DNA of 63,864 nt, the filler included, from Ministeria vibrans ATCC 50519 (lineage: Eukaryota > Protista > Filasterea), in assembly GCA_943704425.1 (NCBI GenBank). It is 12 parts of 12 records of this genome, joined end to end, with 100 filler letters (N's around TTAATTAATTAA, not from the genome) between each part and the next. Parts side by side here need not be neighbours in the genome. Positions count along the whole stretch, not along the records: positions 36,684 to 49,400 come from CALSCP010000113.1; positions 49,501 to 50,943 come from CALSCP010002342.1; positions 51,044 to 52,265 come from CALSCP010001902.1; positions 52,366 to 60,563 come from CALSCP010001698.1; 8 more parts are not named here. One strand, written 5' to 3'. The translations under genes were made by a program, and so were the position numbers. Below, piece after piece: positions 42,865-55,339 of the stretch (position 1 is its first letter; each line of letters begins with the position of its first letter). Below the pieces are notes generated by a model that saw only the letters and a program-made list of their open reading frames with translations, was not told where the DNA came from and ran no database searches.

Positions 42865-44860
42865 TTATTGGCCAAACTTTGACTCGAGTGCGCGCAACAC
42901 AATGGGACGGACAGGGACGTTGAGTTGATCGCGAGCAGTGGCTCGTGCGTCCGTGAGAGACCAGCCAAGAGCCACGAGCACTGCAGTGGGCACGACGCGC
43001 TGCATGGGAGTCGCCTGCTTGACGTGCTCCTGGATCCGCACCTGTTGTGCCTCTGCATCCACATCACTGTCCATCGTGAGCGCAACGTCGCGTGTGTGTG
43101 CCTCAGTCCACTCGTCGATGCTGTACAGAACCGTGAGCAGTGCGCGTGCCGCGTCTGCGTCACTCGTGCGGGTCAGTAGCGACACCAGTCGTACAGCACG
43201 CGTAAACAACTTCCCATTACTAATGCGAACGTCAATCATTCGGTTGCCAAACACCTTCCCACACAGCACATGCGCACCCGTCGACACCACATTCAGCAGC
43301 CACTTGAGGGCACTCAGACCACACAGGTCGCGCAGCAGTGCACTCTCATGCACCAGTGGCACCTCAACCACTACATCCCACTGCGCGCGCACTTGCTCCG
43401 CCACTTCTACACCACACACCAGCAGCACACGCGAAACGGTAGGAGTGCTCTTGGCAACACGCTCAGCCAACGACCCCAGCTGTGCCTCGATCTCAGTACT
43501 GGTCGTCGGAGCACACACAAGCCCCACAAGCACATCACCATCCGACACACTCAGCGCATCCAGTCCCAACTGGTACTCATCACCACGTGCACTCATATCC
43601 CCTTCGTCGTTCTCCAGCGACGCATAGCCACCCAAAACGTAGCCCCGCACATCAGAGGGTGCCGCTCCAAAGGTGGGCACGCACTCCGACGCATCCACAA
43701 GACCAACAATGCCCGCCACGCCAACACCCGCATACCGCAAGACGCCACCACGACTCAATGCTGCGCCACACAGCTCAATGACGCGCGCCAAGAATTCCAC
43801 CGGCCTATATGCCGCACGATACGCATCGGCATATGCGTTCACAAGCACGCGTGCATCACTACTGCTGCTCGTGACACCGCCGTTGCTTTGCGTCGCCAAG
43901 GCAAAGAGGACATCAAGCACAATTTTGGTGGCAGTGCCACTTTTCATTCGAGTCGATCCCGTCAGTGGCTCGGGTCCCACAACGGGACACACCACAAAGG
44001 CTGGCACATCACTCGACGAGAGGGCAACCATGCGTTCGGCAACGTGCGCAAACGGAACGCCAAGACCCTGAATGATGACACGCCTATAAAATACCATAGA
44101 CATAAGCTTCATTCTTATATAAAAGTAAGTCGTATATGTACCTTGCAAGTGAGGGTGGATTGAAACCCAGAAGGACCGGTGTAAAGCGCTCGGGGTGGTC
44201 CATGCAGTGTGTAAGTTGTGCAGCGACAAAAGGCGCACTGAGTCCGCATGTGATGCCAATGAAGACAACGCGCGAAAGACCTTCGCATGCCTGCAGAAGC
44301 GTGTTGACGCCCGCTTGACAGTCGTCCTCGACTGCTTCGCGCGCAGTGAAGAGCGCCGAGTCGCCACCGGCAATGATGTAGCGCAGACCGCTCTGGCGAT
44401 GTTGCGCGGGAAGTGCTGCTCGCCACAGACGCACACAGAGGTAGGCCAGTCGCCCCGAGGTGCCCGAGCCACTCAGCACCACGCCTACGTTGCGTTCAGT
44501 CGCGTTGGCAAAGAGCTGTTGGATGTGAACGCCGAGACGTGCGATTGTGCGCAACGGCTGTTCGTCCAACAGACCCTAACACAATCAGTTGCGTTTAGCG
44601 ATCCCAATCACAAACAATTGGGCAAGGCGCACCTCGTAGGTTTGGTAGCCTGAAAAACACTGTGCGTCGCATTGGCGAAAGAGCCGCACCATTGACGCGG
44701 GATCGGCGACATCCAGTCCTGATAATCGACATAAGTTTGGTTTCGTTTCGTTTTTTTTTNNNNNNNNNNTTTTTTTTTTTTTTTTCTCCGAGTGGGCATT
44801 TTTGGGAGAGCGCATCGTACCGACAGTGAGATCGTTGGAGCGTTCAGTAATGGAACTCAT
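42865..44860 (-). CDS. GCKR: Glucokinase regulatory protein-like double-SIS protein / MurNAc-6-P etherase
   Basis: ITERSNDLT, LSGSGTSGRLA, IIAGGD...EAVEDD, GITCGLSAPFV, GPEPLTGSTRMKSGTATK, DASECVPTFG, GKVFGNRMIDV. Confidence 0.9.
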
Positions 44861-44929
44861 AACTGGATCACGACGTAAATAAATGATTGAATTTTGAAAT
44901 AAAATAAAATTAAACCCCGGTTTGTTTGT

Positions 44930-46242
44930 TTACTCCAGTGGATCAACCGTAAACACCTGCACGTCGGGTTGCTCTGCACGCGCAACGGAGTAAGGAAAGC
45001 GAAACCCGTGGCTGGCGGCACCAACCTCGCCCTCGGCATTGAGCACCAAAACGGCACCGTTGAACGACGGGTAGAACCGCATAATCTCCCTGATTGCTTC
45101 CTCAGCCGCATCTAACAAACAATCAATAACAATGACATCCCCCCATTCTCCCCCACACATACTAAACACTAAGCACTAAACACTGAGCACTAAGCCCACA
45201 TACACTCACCACACGTTCTCTAAACACTCAACATACACACACCCAGCACATCATGTCCTTACACACACGCACACACGTAATTATATATAACATAATTATA
45301 TAGATAGATATATATATATATAACATACACATACACATACACACACACATACCTTGAGGCGATAGCCCTCTCTCGAGGCCCATAACGGCACGGTAGGAGG
45401 GCACCAGACGCATCATGGCATCACCATCGCCGGTGGCGGCAGCCGCGCCAAACTCAGACGCATAGCTGCCCGCACCCACAATAGGACTGTCACCGACACG
45501 TCCGCTAATCTTGTGCGAGGCGCCATTCGTCGAGGTACCCGACGACACGTGTCCCTGTGCGTCAATTGCAAGCATTCCAATGGTGTCGTGGTTCTCGCGC
45601 GTCACATACGCATTGTAGCGGTCCTGCACTGTCGAAGTTGTCTCTCCACTAGGCGCGTATGGACCACACGAGGTGTTAGCCGCCGGCGTGACGTCCATCC
45701 AGAAATTGGGCTGGCAGTGGGCCGCCTTCCACTTGGAGTAGATCTGCTCGCTAGCTGGCGTCTCAAGCGATTCCACCTTGAATCCCATCTGTTTGGCAAA
45801 ATCCGTCGCCAGCTCGCCCACCAGCAGCGTGTGCTTGGTGTGTTCCATGACAGCGCGTGCCACCGAGATGGCTGCTTTGACCCTGCGCAGACAACCGACA
45901 GAGCCAACATTGCGCGTCATCCCTGGTCGCAGAGGAACGGTGAGCCAAACGAGCCGTATCCGGGGTAGTGTGCTATGCCCTACCATCCATGATCATGGCG
46001 TCCAGAGTCGTCTCGCCAGCCTCGTCGGGCGATCCGCCAAAGCCCACAGTGCCGTCGCACTGCATCTGCTCGCAAGTGGTGCATCCAATCTCAACGGCGT
46101 CCAGCGACGATTTCCCCGAACTCAGCGCCGCATATGCGTTTGCCGTTGCATTGGTGAAGGCCCAAGTGTTCACCACAATGGGGAAGGGGGCGGCAGATGA
46201 GACAAGGGCGCAGGCGAGGAGGAACAACACAACGCGAAGCAT
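44930..46242 (-). CDS. AGA: Aspartylglucosaminidase (Ntn hydrolase)
   Basis: Signal peptide; [44 protein letters not shown] cleavage site, [18 protein letters not shown]. Confidence 0.96.
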
Positions 46243-46437
46243 GAAAGAAATAAGAATAGTGAACTCAAGAGAATAAACTCAATAAACAAACAGTTCAAAC
46301 AGTTCAATCACAATCGTTCGTCAATCACACGATCAGCTTGTGAGCTGCGTCCCGCACTGTCGCACATAAAACAATCGCTTTAAAAAGTCTCAATATATAA
46401 TTATTAATAATAATAATATTATCATTATTTTTACACT

Positions 46438-48860
46438 ATGCAACAAGCATCGTACGGCGCTGCGGGATCCCACACCACAGTGGTCAATCCATCACGCATA
46501 CATGACCATATTTACGGTAGGGAGATGGGAGCCCAGCATGCACGCGTTCGTTTCCTTTCTATTCCGTTGCCATTGACGACCTATCCATTTTTACTCCTAC
46601 GCCTCACACACCCACCACAACTACAACTCATTCACACACAATATATTTCTCATCATTCTTCTCCCTGGTCCGTCCCCCCCTGACTCTCTTCACTGTCCGC
46701 TTTTAAAATGGCTTTCTTTCTACTCAATGATCAGACCCAACCACAACATTGTCGTCTCCCCGCGACCACTACCGCGCCAGTGTTCGCTCGCACCTCAACC
46801 AGGCCCATCGAATGCCCACCGACAACATGTTCTCGGAGCTTCAGCACCATCCGCGTGCGACCGTCTCCGTTGGACCCGACAGACCTTTGCCACAGACAGT
46901 GTCGCTGCAATGGCATGACCGAACACACACGAGTGTCACCGAAGCAGCCACACAAATTCGCGATGCTCACGTGTCGGGACGAAATCACGCGCTATACGTT
47001 CGACGACCCATAGTCGGCTATGGTCGTCGAGCAAACATCCATCAGGCGTCGCTGGTGCTCGCGAGTACACGTCAGGCACATTCAAATATTGCAGCGCCAA
47101 AGCGCACTGGCGAGACAGCGCCAACGTTAACGACACGCACGGTGGCATCACAGACAATGTATCGTGAGTCCGAGGCTCAAACCGACCCGTACACACCCGA
47201 GTACACGGTGCGCGAAGGCGAACCGGCGCCCGAAGTCCTCACACTCACCGATTACACATACCGCCACGGCCTGCCAGCGGGGCTCGCCGAGGTGGAAGCC
47301 ATTGAGCGTGCACGCGCTCGACGAGCCTGGGAGGCGTCTTTGCCGCCACTGGGCGAACCGGGTGCCCTTGAGCAACGCCAGCAGATGCTAGCAGAGCTGG
47401 AAATGCAAGAGTGGGCGCGACGCGAAGAGGAGATACGCTCGTTGCAGGAGCAGCGACTCGAGGCATTGCGTGAGCTCATGACGACGCGCACCGATGCAAC
47501 AGCAGCGCGAGGCGAGGACCGCACGGAAGCAGTGTGGCACGCTCAGACACGGGCAATGTGCGAGGCCAATGAGCAGACGGATCAGCGTCGAGCGACAGTG
47601 ATGCGGCGATTGGCGCGCGAGCGGGACAATGCAGAGGAGTGCCAACGACGCAAAGTCGTGCGCGACGAGACGGTCGATATTGTGGGGGCTTATGCGGATC
47701 CGGCGTCGTCAGTCTATGCACCGTTGTTGCGACAGGGTGACGTGCGTACGCGTAGTGTGGAGAATGCGCGGCAGACAGTGCATGGGAGCGCGGCGTTTGC
47801 GTATGGGGGTGGGGTGGCGGGTCGGACGCGCATTTCAACACTGAGTGACTATTCGTCGTTGTGTGCGCTGGAACAATCTCTTCCCTCTGATCTACTTGAT
47901 GTGTCGCCCGAAGAGACACTCACAAATGTGATGAAGAAGCATGCGAGGAGTCGACGGAAGGAGCGAGACGAGAGGAGCTACGCGCAGGCACTGGAGGCAC
48001 TGGACCGACGTGGACGTCATGTCGGGGAGGAAGGGAAGCGCGAAGGGTCACTGCGATTCCTGACGAAGATTGAGCAGGCGCCGGTGCGCCCCAAGACACC
48101 TACAGTGGATGATATTGAGGAGGAGGAGGAGGAGGAGGAGGAGTGGACGGATGAGGATCGGAGTGTGGCGCTGATTCAGCGACTCATGAGAGGACGAAGA
48201 GTGGAGATGGAGATGTGGGAGGGGGTAGAACGACGGCGGGAGCTCATTGAGGAGTTGATGGAAAGTGAGGCGGTGAGTGAAGCCGAGCGGGAGATGGTGG
48301 AGCGGGAAGGAGAGAGGGTGCGCAAGGCGCAGGTGGCGCGCGTGAGGGAGAGGGAGGCGGAGAGGTGTGCAGAGGGGGCTGTGGCACAGGCGGAAGCGGG
48401 GCATGCGGGAGAGCGACTTGACTTGCTTACCAAGGAGTTGGTACGACTGCAAGAGCAGCAGCGAATTGAGGCGATTGTGGCTTTGGCGGAGCGCGAACGA
48501 CGGCTGCGCGAGGCTGAGGAGTCGGGTCGACGAGCAGAGGAGGAGACGCGACGGTGCAAGGAGGACGCGGTGTTTCGTGAGATTGTGCGTGTGAACCACG
48601 AGACTATTGACTCGTACCTGGAGGATGTGTTCTCTGGCGCGGTGTCTCAGACAAGTCAAGTACAGGCGCGCGAGAAGGTGCGCGAGCGAGCACGCGAGAT
48701 TGATCGGGCTGTGGAGGACACGTCGCCCGAGCACACAGTCGATCGACTTGTCCATTCGTTCCTCTTGCCCGAAGTTGTGCGTGAACGAAGGCGTGAAGCA
48801 TCTGCCCGCTCCCAAGGACGTTTCTTGGAGGCGGCCCACAACGAGTTATTCAAAAAGTAA
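46438..48860 (+). CDS. CFAP91: Cilia- and flagella-associated protein 91 (MAATS1)
   Basis: QTMYRESEAQTDPYTPEY, PEVLTL, GLPAGLAEVEAIERAR.RRAWEASLP, IQ-like LIQRLMRGR, AERERRLREAEESGRR. Confidence 0.9.
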
Positions 48861-49049
48861 AAGAGTGACTCCTTTACCTTAACGAACATCTAACGAGTAA
48901 CGGGCAATTAATATAATATTATTTACAAAGTACAAACATTAAATTTTTCCTTACGATTCAATCGTCTTGCGTTGCTCTGCTCCTCAGCACACTAAGTCGA
49001 CCCGATCCCACTACGATCCATACGCTTGAACGAGGTCGCGCCCCCCACA

Positions 49050-49179
49050 ATGTCGTCTGCGGCCGTTGAGGAGTCTGTCGGTGGCACTGCTCAGCCGTCT
49101 CCCTCGCCCCTGCCCACTCCCAGCGACCATCAGCCTGCTCTCGTGGACCCCTCGCCTTTAGGGTACACGCCTGGGTGTG

Positions 49180-49214
<35 letters not shown>

Positions 49215-49318
49215 TTTAGAGAAAAAAAAAACATCTGAACTGAACTTACCGGGTTTCTCTTTCCAATGCAGAAAACGGACGTACCACCTGAAAGAGTTCA
49301 AGCTACTTGTCACATTAG
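49050..49318 (+). CDS. AGC (PKA/PRKX-like) kinase, first two exons
   Basis: Second exon KRTYHLKEFKLLVTLG matches the Y.L.DF....TLG entry into subdomain I; contig ends. Confidence 0.55.
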
Positions 49319-49500
49319 GTAGGTGCCGCAGCTGCTTGGGCGGGAAAGCGTTCTTTCAATTGCGACAAGTTTGCAAACGTTTTTTTTTTTTTTTTTTTTT
49401 NNNNNNNNNNNNNNNNNNNNNNNNNNNNNNNNNNNNNNNNNNNNTTAATTAATTAANNNNNNNNNNNNNNNNNNNNNNNNNNNNNNNNNNNNNNNNNNNN

Positions 49501-50943
49501 CTGCCGGCTACACGGGTACAACATGCGCATCAAACATCAACGAGTGCGCGTCAAACCCGTGCGCCAATGGCGGCGTGTGCAACGATGGTGTCAACTCGTT
49601 CACTTGCTCTTGCGCTGCCGGCTACGCGGGCGCAACATGTGCATCAAACATCAAAGAGTGCGCGTCAAACCCGTGCGCCAATGGCGGCGTGTGCAACGAT
49701 GGTGTCAACTCGTTCACTTGCTCGTGCGCTGCCGGCTACGCGGGCGCAACATGCACATCAAACATCAACGAGTGCGCGTCAAACCCGTGCGCCAATGGCG
49801 GCGTGTGCAACGATGGTGTCAACTCGTTCACTTGCTCGTGCGCTGCCGGCTACGCGGGCGCAACATGTGCATCAAACATCAACGAGTGCGCGTCAAACCC
49901 GTGCGCCAATGGCGGCGTGTGCAACGATGGTGTCAACTCGTTCACTTGCTCGTGCGCTGCCGGCTACGCGGGCGCAACATGCACATCAAACATCAACGAG
50001 TGCGCGTCAAACCCGTGCGCCAATGGCGGCGTGTGCAACGATGGTGTCAACTCGTTCACTTGCTCTTGCGCTGCCGGCTACGCGGGCGCAACATGCGCAT
50101 CAAACATCAACGAGTGCGCGTCAAACCCGTGCGCTAATGGCGGCGTGTGCAATGACGGTGTCAACTCGTTCACTTGCTCGTGTGTTGCCGGCTACGCGGG
50201 CGCAACATGCGCAACGGACGTTGATGAGTGCGCGTCAAACCCGTGCGCCAATGGCGGCGTGTGCAAAGATCGGATCAACTTGTTCAGTTGTCGGTGCGCT
50301 GCCGGCTACGCGGGCGAATCATGCACTGAAAACATCAACGAATGTGCATCAAACCCGTGCGCCAATGGCGTTTGTGTTGATGGTGTGAACGGTTACACAT
50401 GCTCGTGTGAGTGTGGCTGGGCGGGAACGCACTGCACGACGAACATCAACGAGTGTGCGTCGAATCCTTGCCAGAATGGAGGTGTATGCACGGACGCGAC
50501 GTGTGGGTACACGTGCGACTGTGCTGCAGGATACTTTGGTGTGCATTGTGCGTCCAACACAGATGAGTGTGCTTCCGACCCATGTGCGAACGGAGCGACC
50601 TGCAATGACCTGGTTGACGGCTACAGCTGTGATTGTGCGTGCGGCTGGGAGGGCACGCATTGTGCGACCAACACCAACGAGTGTGCGAGCAACCCGTGTC
50701 AGAATGGCGGTGCGTGCAGCGATGCTACGTGCGGCTATTTGTGTGCGTGCGCTGCCGGGTACACGGGGGCAACATGTGCATCAAACATCAACGAGTGCGC
50801 GTCAAACCCGTGCGCCAATGGCGTTTGTGTTGACGGTGTGAACGGTTACACATGCTCGTGTGAGTGTGGCTGGGCGGGAACGCACTGCACGACGAACATC
50901 AACGAGTGTGCGTCGAATCCTTGCCAGAATGGAGGTGTATGCA
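49501..50943 (+). CDS. Internal fragment of a tandem calcium-binding EGF repeat protein (Notch/fibropellin-like repeats, about 13 units of 111-114 bp)
   Basis: NINECASNPCANGGVCNDGVNSFTCSCAAGYAGATC repeated; the first six units are nearly identical at DNA level. Confidence 0.92.
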
Positions 50944-51044
50944 NNNNNNNNNNNNNNNNNNNNNNNNNNNNNNNNNNNNNNNNNNNNTTAATTAATTAAN
51001 NNNNNNNNNNNNNNNNNNNNNNNNNNNNNNNNNNNNNNNNNNNA

Positions 51045-52265
51045 GTTTTGTGAATGTTGATGTGTCTTCAGACTTTCACATTTGTGGTGCAGTGCGACAC
51101 TTTGTCCAGTCTGACTTGTACATTGCTGATGTTGAATGGTATGGAATGAGTCGAGATGACTGGAATCAAGCGTGCGAGATGGTGAAGAAGGTGGACACTG
51201 TGTTAAGTCTGAGTATTCTGGTGCTGCTACTCCATGTACCGACTTTGTGTCTCTGGATCAAGGCGGGCGGTGGTGTGCATGTGCGCGATGCACAGCTTCA
51301 ACACACTATGTTAATTTGGGCGTCTACTTTTGGCTCAATAGACTGTTTGCGGATTCTGTTCTCACAGGCTGCAGGTGCCAATGTGCTACAACATGACGAA
51401 GTACGTGGGATCACTGCGTTGATGTATGCAGCAGCAAACGGTCATCTTGACTGTGTGGAGTACCTGTTTACACAGCCAGGTGGCAATGAACCACGACAGG
51501 ACAAGGATAGGATGACTGCGTTGATGTATGCAGCAGCCAACGGGCATCGTGATTGTGTGGAGTACCTGTTTACACAGCCAGGTGGCAATGAACCACGACA
51601 GGACAATGATGGGCGGACTGCGTTGATGTATGCAGCAGCAAACGGTCATCTTGACTGTGTGAAGTACCTGTTTACACAGCCAGGTGGCAATGAGCCACGA
51701 CAGGACAAGGATGGGAAGACTGCGTTGATGTATGCAGCAGCAAAAGGGCATCGTGATTGTGTGGAGTACCTGTTTACACAGCCAGGTGGCAATGAACCAC
51801 GACAGGACAAGGATAGGATGACTGCGTTGATGTATGCAGCAGCCAACGGGCATCGTGATTGTGTGGAGTACCTGTTTACACAGCCAGGTGGCAATGAACC
51901 ACGACAGGACAAGGATGGGCGGACTGCGTTGATGTATGCAGCAGCAAACGGTCATCTTGACTGTGTGAAGTACCTGTTTACACAGCCAGGTGGCAATGAG
52001 CCACGACAGGACAAGGATGGGAAGACTGCGTTGATGTATGCAGCAGCAAAAGGGCATCGTGATTGTGTGGAGTACCTGTTTACACAGCCAGGTGGCAATG
52101 AACCACGACAGGACAAGGATGGGGTGACTGCATTGATGTATGCAGCAGCAAACGGTCATCTTGGCTGTGTGGAGTACCTGTTTACACAGCCAGGTGGCAA
52201 TGAACCACGACAGGACAAGGATGGGTGGACTGCGTTGCTGTATGCAGCAGCAAAAGGGCATCGTG
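51045..52265 (+). CDS. Ankyrin-repeat protein fragment with 108-bp near-identical tandem units
   Basis: DKDGxTALMYAAAxGHxDCVEYLFTQPGGNEPRQ x8 plus a partial ninth. Confidence 0.9.
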
Positions 52266-53563
52266 NNNNNNNNNNNNNNNNNNNNNNNNNNNNNNNNNNN
52301 NNNNNNNNNTTAATTAATTAANNNNNNNNNNNNNNNNNNNNNNNNNNNNNNNNNNNNNNNNNNNNAAAAAAAAAAAAAAAAAAAAGACAGCGCTGGACGC
52401 CAGCAGAGACACTATCTGCAGCAGGATCGGATTGCAGGCATGCCGTTTCACGTGTGTGCACCACTGGGCAGGAGAGCAAGGGCGGTATCGCACGGCAAGG
52501 GGCGCGAGAGCGATCCATGTCGCATCCACCAACATGGTCTGTCTTTAAGCGCCTCTCTCGCGCTCCACACGACTCCGTTCTTACCAGTTATCACACGGGT
52601 AGCCGACGGATATAACTCGCCGAGGCAAAGATGTGAAAAGGAACAAAGAAAGAGATCCGATTTGGACACAACGAGCGATCACAAAAAGGACCGAAAGAGT
52701 AGAACCAAAAAAAAAAAAAAAGTCTCCGTTGAATTGGCCATTGAAATCATAACTCCCCCACGTGCCGTCATTGGCGGTCTCTTTTTTTTTCGACACCCTC
52801 AGCAGGTTAGTATGTGGCACCTTCGCTCACGGTGGAGGCTCCAAGAGCACCTCCTTGGCTAGTGGGAAATGCCTCAAGTGATTCGTGTCGTCGGTGGTTG
52901 CCGACTCATTCGGCTCCCCGTTGCCCTACAGCCCTCCGTTTGTCCCCGATCCCCGTGCCAACTCTTACTTACCCTCTCATAGAAGACCCTCGCAACTCAC
53001 CAAGGCCCTTCTCGTCTCCACACAATTGTCCTTTTTTTTTTTTTTTTTTTCACTTTTCGTGTCGCGCTCATTTCCTGCTTCTGTTTTGCCCCCGTTCTTC
53101 TGGTGGACCCGAACCATCTGCTACTACGGGCGTACTGACGCCACACGCCACCTCCCCATTGCCGTCGTTTTTTTTTTTTACTGGATCCTTTTTCACTTCT
53201 CCTCGTTGCGCCGTCGCGTCTCTCTCGCCTCTCCAATGCCTTGTGCCTCATCGTCCCTCGCCACCCTCGCCGCTGCTTTCTGCCCACACCCTGTTCCATG
53301 GTGCTACACTGCTCCCTTGGCCTCTCCTGTCTTGTTGTGTGCGACTGGCGACTTTTTTTGATTTCCGTTGCGTGTGGCACAAGACAGCGCCACAGTTCTT
53401 CCCAGTCGTACCCTCTCCCCTCTGTGGCCCATCGTTGGGACTCTTTGACGCGCCACCAAACGCTGCTCTCTTTACCTTTTCTTTCTTTCTTTTTTTTTTT
53501 TTTTTTTCTATCTCTCCTTTCCATATCGTTTGTTCTGACTTGCGATCTCTTTCGTAGAAAAAC

Positions 53564-54464
53564 ATGCCCAAGGGAAAGAAGGTAGCTGCCCCACCGGCCG
53601 GCGTCAAGAAGGTCGCTGCGTCCAAGAAGGCCTCAAACCCTCTGTTCGAGAAGCGCCCGCGCAACTTTGGCATTGGCGGTGCCATCCAGCCCAAGCGTGA
53701 CCTCGGTCGCTTCGTCAAATGGCCCAAGTACGTGCGTCTGCAGCGCCAGAAGGCCGTCATTGTCCAGCGCATCAAGGTTCCCCCGTCCGTCAACCAGTTC
53801 ACCAAGACGCTCGAGAAGAACCAGTCGGACGAGCTCTTCAAGCTCCTCGCCAAGTACCGCCCCGAGACCAAGGCTGACAAGAAGAAGCGTCTGTCGGAGG
53901 CCGCCGAGAAGAAGGTCGCCGCCAAGGACCGCGATGCGTCTACCAAGCCGTGCGTCATCAAGTTCGGTCTCAACCACGTCACGACGCTCGTCGAGGCCAA
54001 GAAGGCCAAGCTTGTGTGCATTGCCCACAACGTCGAGCCCATCGAGCTCGTCGTCTGGCTCCCGGCTCTCTGCCGCAAGATGGGCATCCCGTACTGCATT
54101 GTCCGTGACAAGGCTCGCCTCGGCAGCCTCGTCCACCAGAAGACCGTAAGATTTATTATGATGATAATAATTATTATTGTTGTATTTTTTATTTTTTTAT
54201 TTTTGGTGTTGCTTGTTTGGGCATCATAATAATCGTTTTTTTTTGTGATTGCTTTAGGCAACCGTCGTCTGCCTGACCGAGGTCAAGGCAGAGGACAAGC
54301 CCAAGCTGGTCACACTGTGCGAGAACATCAAGGCCAACTACAACGACAAGTTCGACGAGACGCGACGCAAGTGGGGCGGTGGTGTGCTCGGCAACAAGTC
54401 GCAGGCTAAGGTGGCCAAGTTCGAGAAGCTTAAGGCCAAGGAGGCTGCTGCCAAGCTCGGATAA
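53564..54464 (+). CDS. RPL7A: 60S ribosomal protein L7a (eL8); probable 5' UTR intron approx 52806-53557
   Basis: [61 protein letters not shown]; exons 53564-54145 and 54258-54464; strong codon bias. Confidence 0.98.
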
Positions 54465-54646
54465 GCGTTCACGTGCCCTTCCTCCCCCCTCCCTTCTACT
54501 ATCACGGTGTATGAAAACCCCTTCTTTTCAGCAATATTTCAGTTTTTTTCTTTTCTTTTTTCTTCTTTACTTTACGGGTCGCAAATACACAATAATTTAG
54601 TTAGGTTTTTATGGCCTGTTGGTTCGCTGACTTGGCACTGGCGACA

Positions 54647-55307
54647 CTACTGCTGCTGCTGTTGGATCTTCCGCTGCTGCTTGGCTCTGGCAGCACCCGC
54701 TCGACTAAGCGGATTGGGTGTGACGTCGTGCGAATAGGAACACGCATGACCTTTGTTGCACGAGCCCCGATTAAGGAACGAGAAGCACTCCTTCTTCTTC
54801 TTCTTTTTCTTCTCTTCCGCCGAGTCCTCCTGCTTCCCACCCAACGACGATGTTGACGCTGCCACTGCCACTGTTGCCGCTGTTGTTGCTGCCACGGTGG
54901 TGGTGGTGACTGCGGCAGAGGCGCGCTGAAGTCGTGCGGGTTGGGCAGCGGGACGCAAAGACTGTGTGGGTATGCTGGTGGCGGCGGAAGTGGAGGAGGA
55001 GGAGGAGGTGGTGGTGGTGGTGGTGGGGGCGGCGGCGGCGGCGGCGGCGGCGGCGGAGGCGGAGACGGAGACGGAAGTGGATGAGGCAGAGGGAGGAGTG
55101 GCACTGGCACGAAGCAAGGGCGCTTTGGCCACTGATGCTCGTTGAAGCACAGCAAAGACAGGAGACGGATCGGAGGGGGCGGGAGAAGGAGCAGACGAGG
55201 GCGAAGTCAGGACTGGCGAACGAGCAGCAGTGTCTCGCGCCAGTGTTGGCGCAAAAGGGTAAGGTACTTGGGTGGTAGCCGCCGCCACTGACACCTTTTG
55301 CTGTTGT

Positions 55308-55339
<32 letters not shown>

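Noticed and set aside
49501-52265. Regular tandem repeats as a possible CRISPR array
   Set aside because: Units are in-frame EGF and ankyrin coding repeats without unique spacers; eukaryotic context, no cas genes
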